NCBI GenBank assembly: GCA_026914245.1
Contig: CP110440.1
Coordinates: 1,116,001-1,180,000 of the forward strand
Source: Puccinia triticina
Lineage: Eukaryota
Direction: 5' to 3'
Length of the DNA stretch: 64,000 nucleotides
Numbering within the stretch: position 1 is the stretch's first letter; the number at the start of each line of letters is the position of its first letter. This document shows, piece after piece, positions 25,795 through 36,689 of the stretch. The notes below the pieces were generated by a model. That model searched no databases. It worked only from the letters and a program-made list of their open reading frames with translations, and had not been told where the DNA came from. Position numbers and translations under genes: made by a program.

Positions 25795-26081
25795 TGTTGC
25801 AATGAACTGGACAGCAGAACACAGGATGTGAGATGGTTTGTGGAAGAATGTTCATTGCATAAGGAGAAGAAAGAGAGAAGAAAAGGAAAGGAAGAGAAAA
25901 GAGAAAAAGGACTAACCTGGACAGCAGAACACAGGATGTGAGATGGTTCGTGGAAGGATGAGGAAAGGGCTTCCACGAATCTGCTGCCACAGGTTATCTA
26001 CATATAAGATGTCACGGATGTGACAGGCTGAGAAAGGTTTGAAGCAGAGAAAAAGAAAAGGAAAAACAACACAACTCAACA
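25795..26081 (-). repeat. 3' LTR of the copia element
   Basis: Direct repeat of 30722-31008; contains an internal ~40-bp duplication CTGGACAGCAGAACACAGGATGTGAGATGG. Confidence 0.95.
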
Positions 26082-26219
26082 CCCCCCCTTGCTGAAAACC
26101 TAGAGACAGAAAAAAGAGAGAAGAAGAAGAAAGAGAAAAATAAGGAAGAAGGGAGGGAGAGGAACAGGGAGAACGGGAGGAAGAAGGGAATGGCGCGGAG
26201 AGGAGGGCCAGGGAGACAG

Positions 26220-29200
26220 TCACACTATGCCGAACCGGGCTTGATGATCCTTGAGCAGAACACGATTCAGGGGCTTCGTGAGCATATCAGCGAGCATGTC
26301 CTTTGTGGAGACATGAAGGACAGAAATCTTCCCAGATTTGACACATTCTCTGGAGAAATGGAACCTGGCATCAATGTGCTTGGTGCGAGAGTGATGTTCG
26401 GGATTCTTTGCAAGAGCCTCCGCCCCCGCGTTGTCAACATGAAGCGGGATCGCAGCCTTTGGTTGCAGTTTGAGCTCTGACAACACATACCACAGCCAAA
26501 AGCCTTCCTTGCATGCGTCCAACATGGCCTTGTACTCAGCTTCTGTGCTGGACAACGAGACCGTTGCCTGTTTCCTGGATTTCCAGGAAATTGCCCCGTC
26601 ACCGAGCCGAAATGTGTAAGCTGAGGTTGATCTTCTGTTGTGGCGGTCTTCTGCCCAGTCCGAATCGGAGTAGCCGGCACAAGTTAGAGAACCCCCTAGA
26701 CGGAGCCTCAGGTCCTTAGTTGAGATCAAATAGTGAAGGATCCGACAAGCAGCCTGCCAGTGGGACTCGGAAGGATCACGCAGGAACTGGGAGAGTCGAT
26801 TCACCGCAAAGGAGATGTCTGGGAGTGTGCACTGTGCCGCCCACAGCAAGGCCCCTATCAGTTGCGGATACGGGCCAGAGGAGGGCTGTTCGTTGGGTTT
26901 CCGCGGGACAAGATCTTTGAAGGCCAAGTCGGTGGGTGTTCTGACAGAGACAGGAAGCAAGGACAGAAATCGTTTCTCTAGTTCTGAGATGTAGTGCGAT
27001 TGAGAAATGAAGACGGCTTGATTTTCCACATCGCGATCTATCTTCATTGAAAGGAAATGGTGGAGGTCCTTGTCCGCTCCTATCTTGAAGCGTTTACCCA
27101 GGTCAGATATCAGCTGATCCACATAATCCGGTTCCCCTACAATTGCCAGGTCGTTGACGTGAACAGTTACCGCGCCAACCAGAGATCCGTTCTTGAGAGA
27201 AAAATAGAGAGTTGGGTTGTATCTTGACTGCGTGAGACCAGATTTCAGGAGAACATCATGAGCTCGAGGTTCCATTCGCGCGGGGACTGCTTTAGGCCGT
27301 AGATTGACCTGTGAACTTTGCAGACCCAGTCTGGGTGCTCTGGATCCTTGAAACCTGGGGGCTGCTCCATGTAGACCGGGGTGTCGAGACGGCCGTTCAG
27401 GAAAGCCGTCTTGAAGTCCACCTGGCGGCCTTTCCAGCGCCTGATCGCCAGAAGACTAAGAATAAGACAAAGAGTCTCAAGCCTTAGCGTTGGGGCAAAG
27501 ACCTCCTGGTAGTCAACGCCGTGCACCTGTGTGTAGCCCATTGCCACCAACCTGGCCTTCAGCTTCTCGATTGACTTGTCCGGATGGCGCTTAATCTTGA
27601 AAACCCATTTTGACTTTATGATCTTCCTCTTAAGTGGTCTTGGTACCAATTTCCAGGTTTCCATGCCCAGCAGGGACAGATACTCCTCGTCCGCTGCCTT
27701 TAGCCACTTCTGCTTGTGTGGTGACCTGAGGAGCTGTTTCCAGGTCTTAGGCGTGTCGACTTCATCATCCGCCAAGGCGGACTTTGACCAGGTGCCGTAA
27801 CGATTGGGGGCTCTACGTTGTCGGCCGGATCTGCAAGTTGGGGGGGAAGACGGTCTGGGATCCACCTGGGAAGGTGCCGGGGCCACTGGGATTGGGACGG
27901 ACTGAGCCGGCACAGGGGGGGAGTGAGGAAGGGGGATTAGAGGAGGGGGGAGGAGATGGGAAAGGAACAGGAGGGAAGGCTAGAGGAGAAACTGGGGACG
28001 GGGGAGGGACTGACAGTGGTGTCGGTGAGGAAGGAGAACTGTCCGAGTGGTCTGACTGAGTTTGAGGAGGTTTAGGAGTGTGAATTGATGATGTCAACCT
28101 TCTGTCAAACCGCGGCTGAAGCGGAATGTTGAGGGGAGGAGTGTCCGACAGGGGAGGATCCGGGCCCAGAATAGACGGTGTCTCCTTTGGTTTTGCCGGC
28201 GGAGAGGAGACATGCCTACAGGGCCAAGGGAGTTCGACTCGGACAGGATCCTCTTCTTGTTTCAGTTCGGAACCGTAGGGAAAGGAGAAGTCATCGAATA
28301 GGACGTCCCTCAACTTTATCACCGACCTCTTCTCCAGATCCCAAAGTCTGTAGCCGTTCCCGTCGCTGAGGTAGGACAGCAGCAGCAAGGAGCAACCTTT
28401 ATTGTCAAGTTTCTTCCTGCCCGCCTCCGGCACCTTATACCAGACTAGGCAGCCGAAAGGGTGTAGACAGGAGATGTCAACTAGTGGCTTACCAAGGATT
28501 TCATTTGGGGCTTTGAAGCCGGCGGGGGTGTAGCAGGGGATGGAGTTCAGGGAGAAAGATATATGGCGGATCACATCCGCCCCGAAAGATTTGGGGAGAC
28601 CGGATCTCAGAAGGCAAAAACGGACCATGTTGCCCAGGGTCCAATTCGCCCTTTCTGCTACCCCGTTCAGTTCAGGGGAGTGGGGAGGTCCTGGTTTGTG
28701 CGTGATACCGGCAAGACCAAGGTACGACGAGAATTCATTCGACATGTACTCGCCGCCGTTGTCGGAGCAAAGAGACAGTATTTTATGGGATCCATCTTTC
28801 TCAAAGAGCGCGCGGAAGAGTTTGAAACAGTTGAACACGCTTGATTTAGATTTCATTGGATAGATGGAAACAAGTTTGGTATGATCATCGATGAATGTGA
28901 CAAAATACTTATAGCCCTCTCTCGAGGGCACTTCGAATGATCCAACGTCGGAGTGTATGAGTTTTCCCGGAGCGTCTGATCTGTATGACGAGCGGGATTT
29001 GAAAGAGGAACGGTGCATTTTTGATTGCACACAGACGGTACAGCGCTGGACGTCAACTTCGTTCATGATCGTCGGCTTGATTTCAAGAATCTTGAGTAGT
29101 CTCTTCAGCGGCCTGAGCCCTATATGTGAGAGCCGTCGGTGAAAGCCCATTAGGGAACTGTCATAGGAGGACAGTGAGGAAGATGATAGGGACTTTACCT

Positions 29201-30617
29201 TGTTGGAAGGTAAGAAATACAGGTTCCCTTTCCTGTATCCCTCTCCAACGGAGTCACCATGGACGGTGGTCGAGGCCAACTCGTAGATCTCGCAGCGATC
29301 TTTGTTGAAGACGCAGGTGAGGCCCGCGTCGCACATGGCGGCGATGGAGAGCAGGGGCTCATGGAGATTGGGGACGACCAGAGTAGGGACCGAGATTTTG
29401 GAGTTGAGCGGTAGAATTGACGTGCCACGGTGGGATGCTTCGACGGTAGAGTGGTCGGCCAGGCGTATCGGTGTGTTGTCAGGCTTGAGATTCAAGACAT
29501 CATTCACATAGGGTGTCATGCAGTTGGTACAGCCGGAGTTGAGGTTGGCGTCGCGGTGAAGTTCAGAGATGGCTTTGGCGGCTTGTTGAGGAGTGGCGAC
29601 TGCGTTGTTTGCTTTTGCCACCGGCTGAGAGGAATGGGCGTTGTCTGAGCCCAAGTAGTCAGAATCATCCTCATCATCGCCGCCTCAAAGCTCAACAACG
29701 GTGGTCTTGCCTGCTTTAGCCCGTGGTTTGGGACCGGACCGACCTCCACGATAGCCCAAACGTCTTTTTCTATCGCCGCCGCGCGAGGAGTCTGAGTGCC
29801 GATTTTGTTTGTGCTCGGGCAGAATTCTGGCGGCGTTCTCGCAGATGGAGAGATCGTGACCGTTCGCGTTGCAGAAAGTGCAGAAGAGGGTGCCGTTCCA
29901 GGGAGGCCGAGTCTTGCGATCATTCGACACATTGGCGCGGGCAACCGATTTGGCCAGTTGGGCCTCCTCGAGACAAGCCTTACGACGAAGAGATTCTTGA
30001 CGCAGAGCCGACACGATCTTGATTGACGAGATACGGCTCTTGTTCATGAGAGCGGACACGCAAGGGTGCCAGTCGGAAGGAAGAGAGTTCAAGAGCGAGG
30101 TCGCATGTATGTCATCCGGAGTGAGAGGGGTGGCAGAGGTGACAACCGTGTTGAGGCGCTCAGCATAGCCTTGGAGTTGATCGATGTGGGCATCGACGTC
30201 ATCGCCGGTCATACGGGCGGTGGTTAGTTTTCGAAGCCAGTACATTCTTCCTCCGGAGGAAGAGTCTTGATGGGCCTCTTTCAAGGCCTCCCACATCCCT
30301 TTTGCATCGTCTTTGAAAAGTCGAATGTAGCGGAGGTTGACTGGCTTGACTGTGCGGGAGATGACCGAGCATATGGCCAGATTATCCTGCGCTTGGGTAG
30401 GTCGCCGAGTAGGTGCAGCGCCTTCGGGAAGAGTCTCAATGATGTAGCCAACCCCGGTCACATTGAAGTGAATTTCAAGTACCACAGACCAGTCGAGATA
30501 GTTTGATTTCTCGCCTGGGGCCTTGAGTGGTTCGACCCCAGAGATCTTTAGTGCCGGGTGTGATGTGAGCTCCATGTGAGGCGGAGCAAATTTTACAGTG
30601 GAATCGCTGGTCGACAT
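26220..30617 (-). pseudogene. Copia gag-pol polyprotein with one stop and two frameshifts
   Basis: Gag zinc knuckle CTFCNANGHDLSIC; integrase HRRLSH..CTVC, IHSDVG, SDNGGEY, NGVAER; RT KARLVAMG, HVND; RNase H YSDSDWAED, SSTEAEY, ADMLTK. TGA at 29685-29687; frameshifts near 27900 and 27260. Confidence 0.93.
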
Positions 30618-30721
30618 CAGTGTTGATGGAGCGAAAGAGTGGTTGATCCTTCGGATGTATCACGAACTGAGTAATCTGGTATTTAACGTGCACGAGCTAG
30701 ATGCAACTGGGTCTCATAACC

Positions 30722-31008
30722 TGTTGCAATGAACTGGACAGCAGAACACAGGATGTGAGATGGTTTGTGGAAGGATGTTCATTGCATAAGGAGAAGAAAG
30801 AGAGAAGAAAAGGAAAGGAAGAGAAAAGAGAAAAAGGACTAACCTGGACAGCAGAACACAGGATGTGAGATGGTTCGTGGAAGGATGAGGAAAGGGCTTC
30901 CACGAATCTGCTGCCACAGGTTATCTACATACAAGATGTCACGGATGTGACAGGCTGAGAAAGGTTTGAAGCAGAGAAAAAGAAAAGGAAAAACAACACA
31001 ACTCAACA
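30722..31008 (-). repeat. 5' LTR of the copia element
   Basis: Direct repeat of 25795-26081. Confidence 0.95.
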
Positions 31009-33379
31009 GGCCACAAGTCTATGGACCCCACAAACAAACATTAATCAGCTCAAGTTTATCCCTACCTGGCATGGATAATTGGTCGGACACTCACAGTACG
31101 CAATACAAGAGTGTGGCCTTGTGTATTTTCTCTACATGTGAAAGCATCAGATTGAAGTCTTTCTTTGTGACCGGCTTCTCAGTCGGAATTCCAAGTGCAT
31201 GAAGCGTCCTCCAGGCCCCGGTATCACGGGCATACTTTTTATTTCCCCAGTGCCCAAGAAATATTGCTTGAGAGAGGTTCCACAGGGTGTGCGCGGCGCC
31301 AGAAATAGGTAAAATGTTATCCAGGCTATTGTGATTTCCCACTGCAGGTGTCCTCTGCTTCCTGAGACTGTCAAAGATGTTACACAATCCTAGGTCGCCT
31401 TCAATAATCTGGATCCAAGAGTGGAATTCCTCTGGAGTTAATCCACTCTGCTGAATCACACCAGTAAATACTTCACCCACCCCAAGGGCAGAATTATCTG
31501 AAGCAAGCATGAGTTTTAGCATTGAGATATTTGGGTCCACGGGTGCAATGGGATTAACTTTGGGAGGATTTTTCTGTAGCTTGACTCTTGTGTCAATTGG
31601 TGTGGCAATGTACCTAAGAATAACACGGGTAATCTGAGATTTGAGTGTCTTTTCAAAGTGGGTGGTGGACTCGGCGGTGGGTGTAAACATGTCTGGTCGT
31701 ATCACAAGTTTGGTGCCAGCATGTAATGCTTCATTCAGTGCTTTGATGGTGAGCTCTGCCGGGTCTAGGGTGGACAATAAGCTTGGAGGAATATCGTGTA
31801 TATAGCCCCAAGTACCGTGAAACATCTTGCTAGTATGACCGATGGACTTCATATGGACTTTTTCTTGAAAGTCCAAGTTGTCGTAGCATAGGAATGGGGC
31901 TATTATTTGAGACTCATCCAGCGTGAATCTAGCTTTCAATTTCACTTTGGCCTCCTTACCCAAGCTCTTGAGGGCAGCATGGGCAGTCCTTCGTGACGAG
32001 CTTAATCCTATATAATTCAGGTAAGCGCTCACCCTCTCAGTAACTCCTGCGGCCAGAAAAACCAACGCGTTACTCAATTGAAACCCATTGTGTCGACGGT
32101 TTCCTCCAAAGGCAACCATTGCGCAGATGGTGCGAGAAATCTAGTTGTCAAAGGAAGCTCATGTTAACATTCAATATGCTTCAACTCATTGAAAATCACT
32201 AACGGTCTCAACACGGGTTTTTCTCCTGGCTCCTGGGTCACAGTTTTTTTTTCAGGAATGTCCCATCAAAATCAGGTATATCATCTGATGGATCCGTTAA
32301 GTCTTCTTCATCAGAGGCCTCCTCGACTGGATCGGCCTTTGGATCCACCGGCGACTTTTGAACCGGGTAGGGTTTATTGCCCTGGATCTTAGCACATAGG
32401 AGCTGGTATAGAAAGGGCATCCGTTCTGTGATTTCCTTGTTGCAAGCTGAATTTTCCTTCTTGGAGAAAAATTCTTCAGACAAGGTTGAAGAGTTGTGAT
32501 AGGATCCATTTGGTGCGATACCACTGCGAAGAGTTTGGGACCTCACAGTCTCAATAGCCTGCATAAATGTAAAGGTTTTTTAACAAACAAGTATGATCAG
32601 TGGACAATGTATTAGGGAATATTGCGCACTTGAGACAATATAAACTGATCACAGAATGCACGGCCCTCCATGTGAGCAGAAACGTGTCGCTTGAGTTTTA
32701 AGAGCAAATCTTCCGTGGTGTCCCAGCCAACGTCGGCTCCCCACAAGCGTCGTCTGAATATTACATAGCCGCTGTCGTGCGTGAGGAATGCAGCTAGAAA
32801 TTGCTTTGGTGTTAAGTTAAGGCTTTCCATCAGAGCACAGATTTGTTCGAGTTTATCGTCCATATAAACCCAAGGAGCCCGATGGGGCACTTCATGAGCA
32901 CCGGTGGGTTGTTCATCCATGATTTGGCAAACTAAAACGGTTGGTTGGAACTTGGAAGGCAGTCAGTTGAGGGATTGTCTCGGCAAACAGCGGAATAGCT
33001 CTAATCGGCAAGCTGCACAATTGCATGGGCACTCCTGAATGGCCTTGCTTCAAGCCTGTACTTTGCGAGTGATACCAAACTGTTATCAAGCATAACTGGT
33101 TATAAGATACCATGGGATACAGTACATGAGACTCCATACTATGGAGTACTTGTGTATACATAGACGGATGCGTCGAAAGATTTGGAATATGGTTTTACAC
33201 AAGACAACAGACTTGGAAATTACACTTCCTATTGCAGGTCAATGATTTGGATGGAGGATGAGAAAAAATAGTACAAAGATAGGGACAGCTTCGGCAATCT
33301 CAGAAATGAAAACTAGATAAAAAAAGGCTCAGAAACAGAGACGGCAGATTGATTTTAAAAAAGTCTCTGCCAAAAGTGC

Positions 33380-33473
33380 TAATTCTCTACTGCCGCGGGG
33401 TCGACATAGCGCGTAAGTCCCTCCTTCGGAGGTCGCTTCGCTCCCCCGAGGAGGAGGGAATTAGCTAAGTTAG
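33380..33473 (-). repeat. Right TIR of AcademH
   Basis: Reverse complement of 9550-9559 plus 19329-19422. Confidence 0.88.
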
Positions 33474-33931
33474 GTCGGTCGGTGATTTCAGAAACTTTGT
33501 TCGACTTGGAAAAATTGCGACTGCGATACAACTGCGACGGACTGCGACCCACAGTCCACTGGCGCCGGCATTAATGGAATGGCGTATCGCCTCACGCATG
33601 GCGCGTGAGAGGCTGTGACCTGCTCTGACTGCAGCAGTGCACTGTCGATTGAGAGCCGAGACTCGAGGAAACCAGAGGGTCTCAGGAAAGTGTGGCTGTC
33701 AGCTCCGTCCATATACCGTCGGTATCAGAGGATCGTTATCCGCTGATCTTTTCTCCCTCCTGGTTTGTTGTCCCCGGCGATCTTGAGAGAGCAGTCCCTT
33801 AAAGACCCTTCATCTTCACGTGAACCTGGAGACATTCACCTCCCTCAGATTTCTCTAACCTGACGTACATATTCACCTCCTACAATACAGACATTTCACA
33901 ATCTCTCTTCCACTTCATCACTGCACGTAAG

Positions 33932-36243
33932 ATGCTCGCAACTTTGCAGGGAGGTTCCCTGTTTGTCCTGTTGACAGTCGTTATCCACCAAGCTCATGGC
34001 TCTCCCAAAGTGCCAGCAACGGCATCAGCGCAACCCGCGACAAAATCTACTCTCAGCCCGGTTTCAGGTACTTATTTCGGGTGGTCTTCTTGGAGCTTGC
34101 AAGCTTATAAGGGAAAGGTACGCTTTTTTATTTTATTTTGTAGAAACCAATTACGCGTTTTAATTTGCGTGTTTACAAAGCTGATCACTACGATGCGCCT
34201 CTGTGTCGATACTTCCATCAAAACAGGGTTATGGATACGACTGGCTAACCGAAAAAAATATCAAAGCTCAGGCGGATATATTGTCCAAGGAGTTTTCCCA
34301 GTTAGGGTAAATTGCACATTTGCTTTCTTCTTATTGGTTGCTATGGGAATGATGAATGCTCATTCTTGTTCAAAATTTGTTTAGCTACAATCGGATCAAC
34401 TTGGACTCCGGCTGGCAAGTTGAGTTACATTCTCCCCCCTGAATAATCTGCAGTCGAGCTCAAATGAATTCATCTTCCTCTTAGGATGCTGAACTCGATA
34501 AATACGGTAGAACGATACTTAACCGTAAAACGTTCCCAAAAGGAATCAATGATTTATCAAGCTATCTAGCCCAGAGGAAGCTCAAGTTGGGTCTATACTA
34601 CCTACCAGGGATAGACGCCAGAGCGGTTAACAACAAAGTGAACCTTCCTTCATGTCTGGTCATCAAATAAATAACTCAAAAGCGGTAAAAAAGATGCGAA
34701 AACAGATGATCAATTTGCTGAAGGATATCATTCTTTCTAATCCTTCTCAATTAGGCCGTCGTGATGAACTCGAAATACACCGCGGATCAAATCATTCAAT
34801 GCCCGGACAAAGACGCTTTGGGATGCAACCGAAACACTCCAAATGCGTTTAATGCTGGTATGGCGTTGAATTACAGCCATCCAGGTGCCCAGATGTACAT
34901 CAACAGCGTGGTCGATGGCCTCTACAGCTGGGGCGTGAGTTATGTGAAGATAGCTGGCGTCGTACCTGGCTCCTTAATCGACCCACCCGAATGGTGGAAA
35001 TATAATACCACAGCCGACCTGATGGCCTGGAGGAAAGCCATCGACGATTTGTATCATCAGAAATGGCAGAAACAGGGTCGAGAGCCGATTTGGTTGGGGG
35101 CCAGTTGGAAGATCCCAACCAGTGCCGGTTCGACCATGGAGAAATACGCGGACAGCTTCCGAGTCGAACAGGATATCGAGGCGTACAGCGAGACACAGAT
35201 GACGACTTTTGACCGTGTAATCCGAAATGCGAAGACAGCCGCACTCTGGTCCTCTGTTGATTCGAATCGTAAATGGAAAGGAGTCAGGGACCTCGATTCG
35301 ATCCTAGTCAGCGACATGACAGTGGCCGAGTGCAAGACTATGGTCACCATCTGGGCGATGTTTGTACGTCCGGAGTTCTATTCAGTTTTTTTGTTTGTCT
35401 TGGTTATTGACTGGATGACTTCTAACTCTCGATTGTGTATTTTGTTCAACCAGGGCTCGGTAATCTACTTGGGCGATGATTTGACGAAATTACCGGAGGC
35501 CAGAAAGGCCTTGGTGAAGAACCCTGAAGTTCTCAAGCTAGCGATTTTAGCATCCACCAACCAAGCCAGATTAGATGGATTCAATCCCAGCGTCTCTGGT
35601 ACTCGAACAACCACCGCGAAACCATTGCGCCAGAGCTTGAAATCGGTGGAGCGACTTGAAGTCAACCCAGTCCAAGAAGATTATCAGATAACTTCCAGGG
35701 ATTGTGACGAAATGGCCGAAAAACGACAATTGGTCGTCCAGTACGGCTTGAAACAGAAAGTCGTCGACTCCGACACTCTCCACCAGTCGTGCCTGAAAGC
35801 TAGCACGAGCGGAAAATCGGGTCGTCTTCAAGCCCGCGCGGTCGATGGTGCAAACCCAGATCAATGGAGTCTCCAGACCTGGGTACTCGAGCAGGGTCAA
35901 GGCGATATCTACGTCGCAGTTGTTAATGCCGGTCAACAGACCGCTGGTGATAGTGAGTCAGGACTGGGAGCATTTGGCACCGACCAAATTCTGATTGCTG
36001 ATCCCTCTTCCATAAATTTTCACTCATTTAGAACCAGCCAAGGTACAGATTAGTCTGAGTAAGCTGAAAACCCTCCAAAAGAGCCCGAGAATAAAACAAA
36101 TGACCGGAGGGCACTACGCAGTGCGAGACTTGTGGGCCAGCAAAGATTTGAGCCCTGTGGCCTTCCAAGGCACCATTGATGTCACTCTAGAAACTCACGG
36201 CTCGACATTGTTAAAATTCACTCCAATCTCTCCCCCTAAGTAG
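33932..36243 (+). CDS. Secreted glycoside hydrolase family 27 (alpha-galactosidase-like) protein, multi-exon; nucleophile position reads Ala
   Basis: Signal-peptide-like N-terminus, then FGWSSWSLQA, INLDSGWQ, DKYGR, FPKGI, KLGLYYLPG, WGVSYVKIAG, SFRVEQDIE and DLDSIL. C-terminal beta-sandwich YAVRDLW...THGSTLLKF; stop at 36241-36243. Confidence 0.88.
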
Positions 36244-36689
36244 CATCAATTAAATCTTGAGTCCAGTCGATTTACACTATCAGACTGTTGGTTCTTTCTG
36301 ACATGCGTCTCTTTAGCACGTAAGAACCGCAGTATCAAACGCTTGTGCTTTCTCTCTTGATATATGCTATGTCTCCTGTGTTGTAGTTCCTCGCTCGTAT
36401 TCAGTATATAATTCACTGTACATTGCACCAATCACTTTTGTTACCTGCGTAGCTTTGATTTAGCTGCAAGTACCCTCAACGAAGAGTGCACAGGACAAGA
36501 TGCTATTTATGTGGGAAGTTTTTCTTACTCGAGCGTAGGCGTGAGGGAGGGACTTGTGCTAAGTTCGCTGCTTCTCTTGCTCGGCAATGTTTCAAGCTTT
36601 GAAACGCGATGTGCTTGTGTAGAAACCGCTGGTCGTACTATAAAATAAAGCAGTTGTTGAGCTGACATCGTGGTCGGAGGTGAGATGAG

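Larger units (their letters stand above)
25795..31008 (-). mobile_element. Ty1/copia LTR retrotransposon, full length but defective
   Basis: 287-bp TG...CA LTRs at 25795-26081 and 30722-31008 (2 differences). 5-bp TSD GGCCA. PBS-like GGTTATGAGAC next to the 5' LTR and a G-run PPT next to the 3' LTR. Gene order gag-PR-IN-RT-RH. Confidence 0.96.
24836..32920 (-). pseudogene. DUF6589-type Academ transposase, interrupted by copia and a nonsense codon
   Basis: NRRHNGFQLSN, FLCYDNLDFQE, MFHGTWGY, IIEGDLG, GAAHTLWN, LLRI*DFATIVEAN..MKDGDYGRL and GHFMATDFYLEVQNYWLK. The copia sits about 10 bp inside an exon (LV|ANRAHV). TAA at 25625-25627. Confidence 0.82.
9550..33473. mobile_element. AcademH-type DNA transposon (helicase plus DUF6589-type transposase) carrying three nested insertions
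   Basis: Perfect 9-bp TSD GTCGGTCGG at 9541-9549 and 33474-33482. The left TIR (9550-9559, continuing at 19329-19422) is the reverse complement of the right TIR (33380-33473): CTAACTTA(A/G)CTAA(G/T)TCCCTC...CCTCCGAAGGAGGGACTTA(T/C)GCGCTATGTCGACCCCGCGGCAGTAGAGAATTA. Encloses convergent RecQ-like helicase and DUF6589 genes. Confidence 0.88.
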
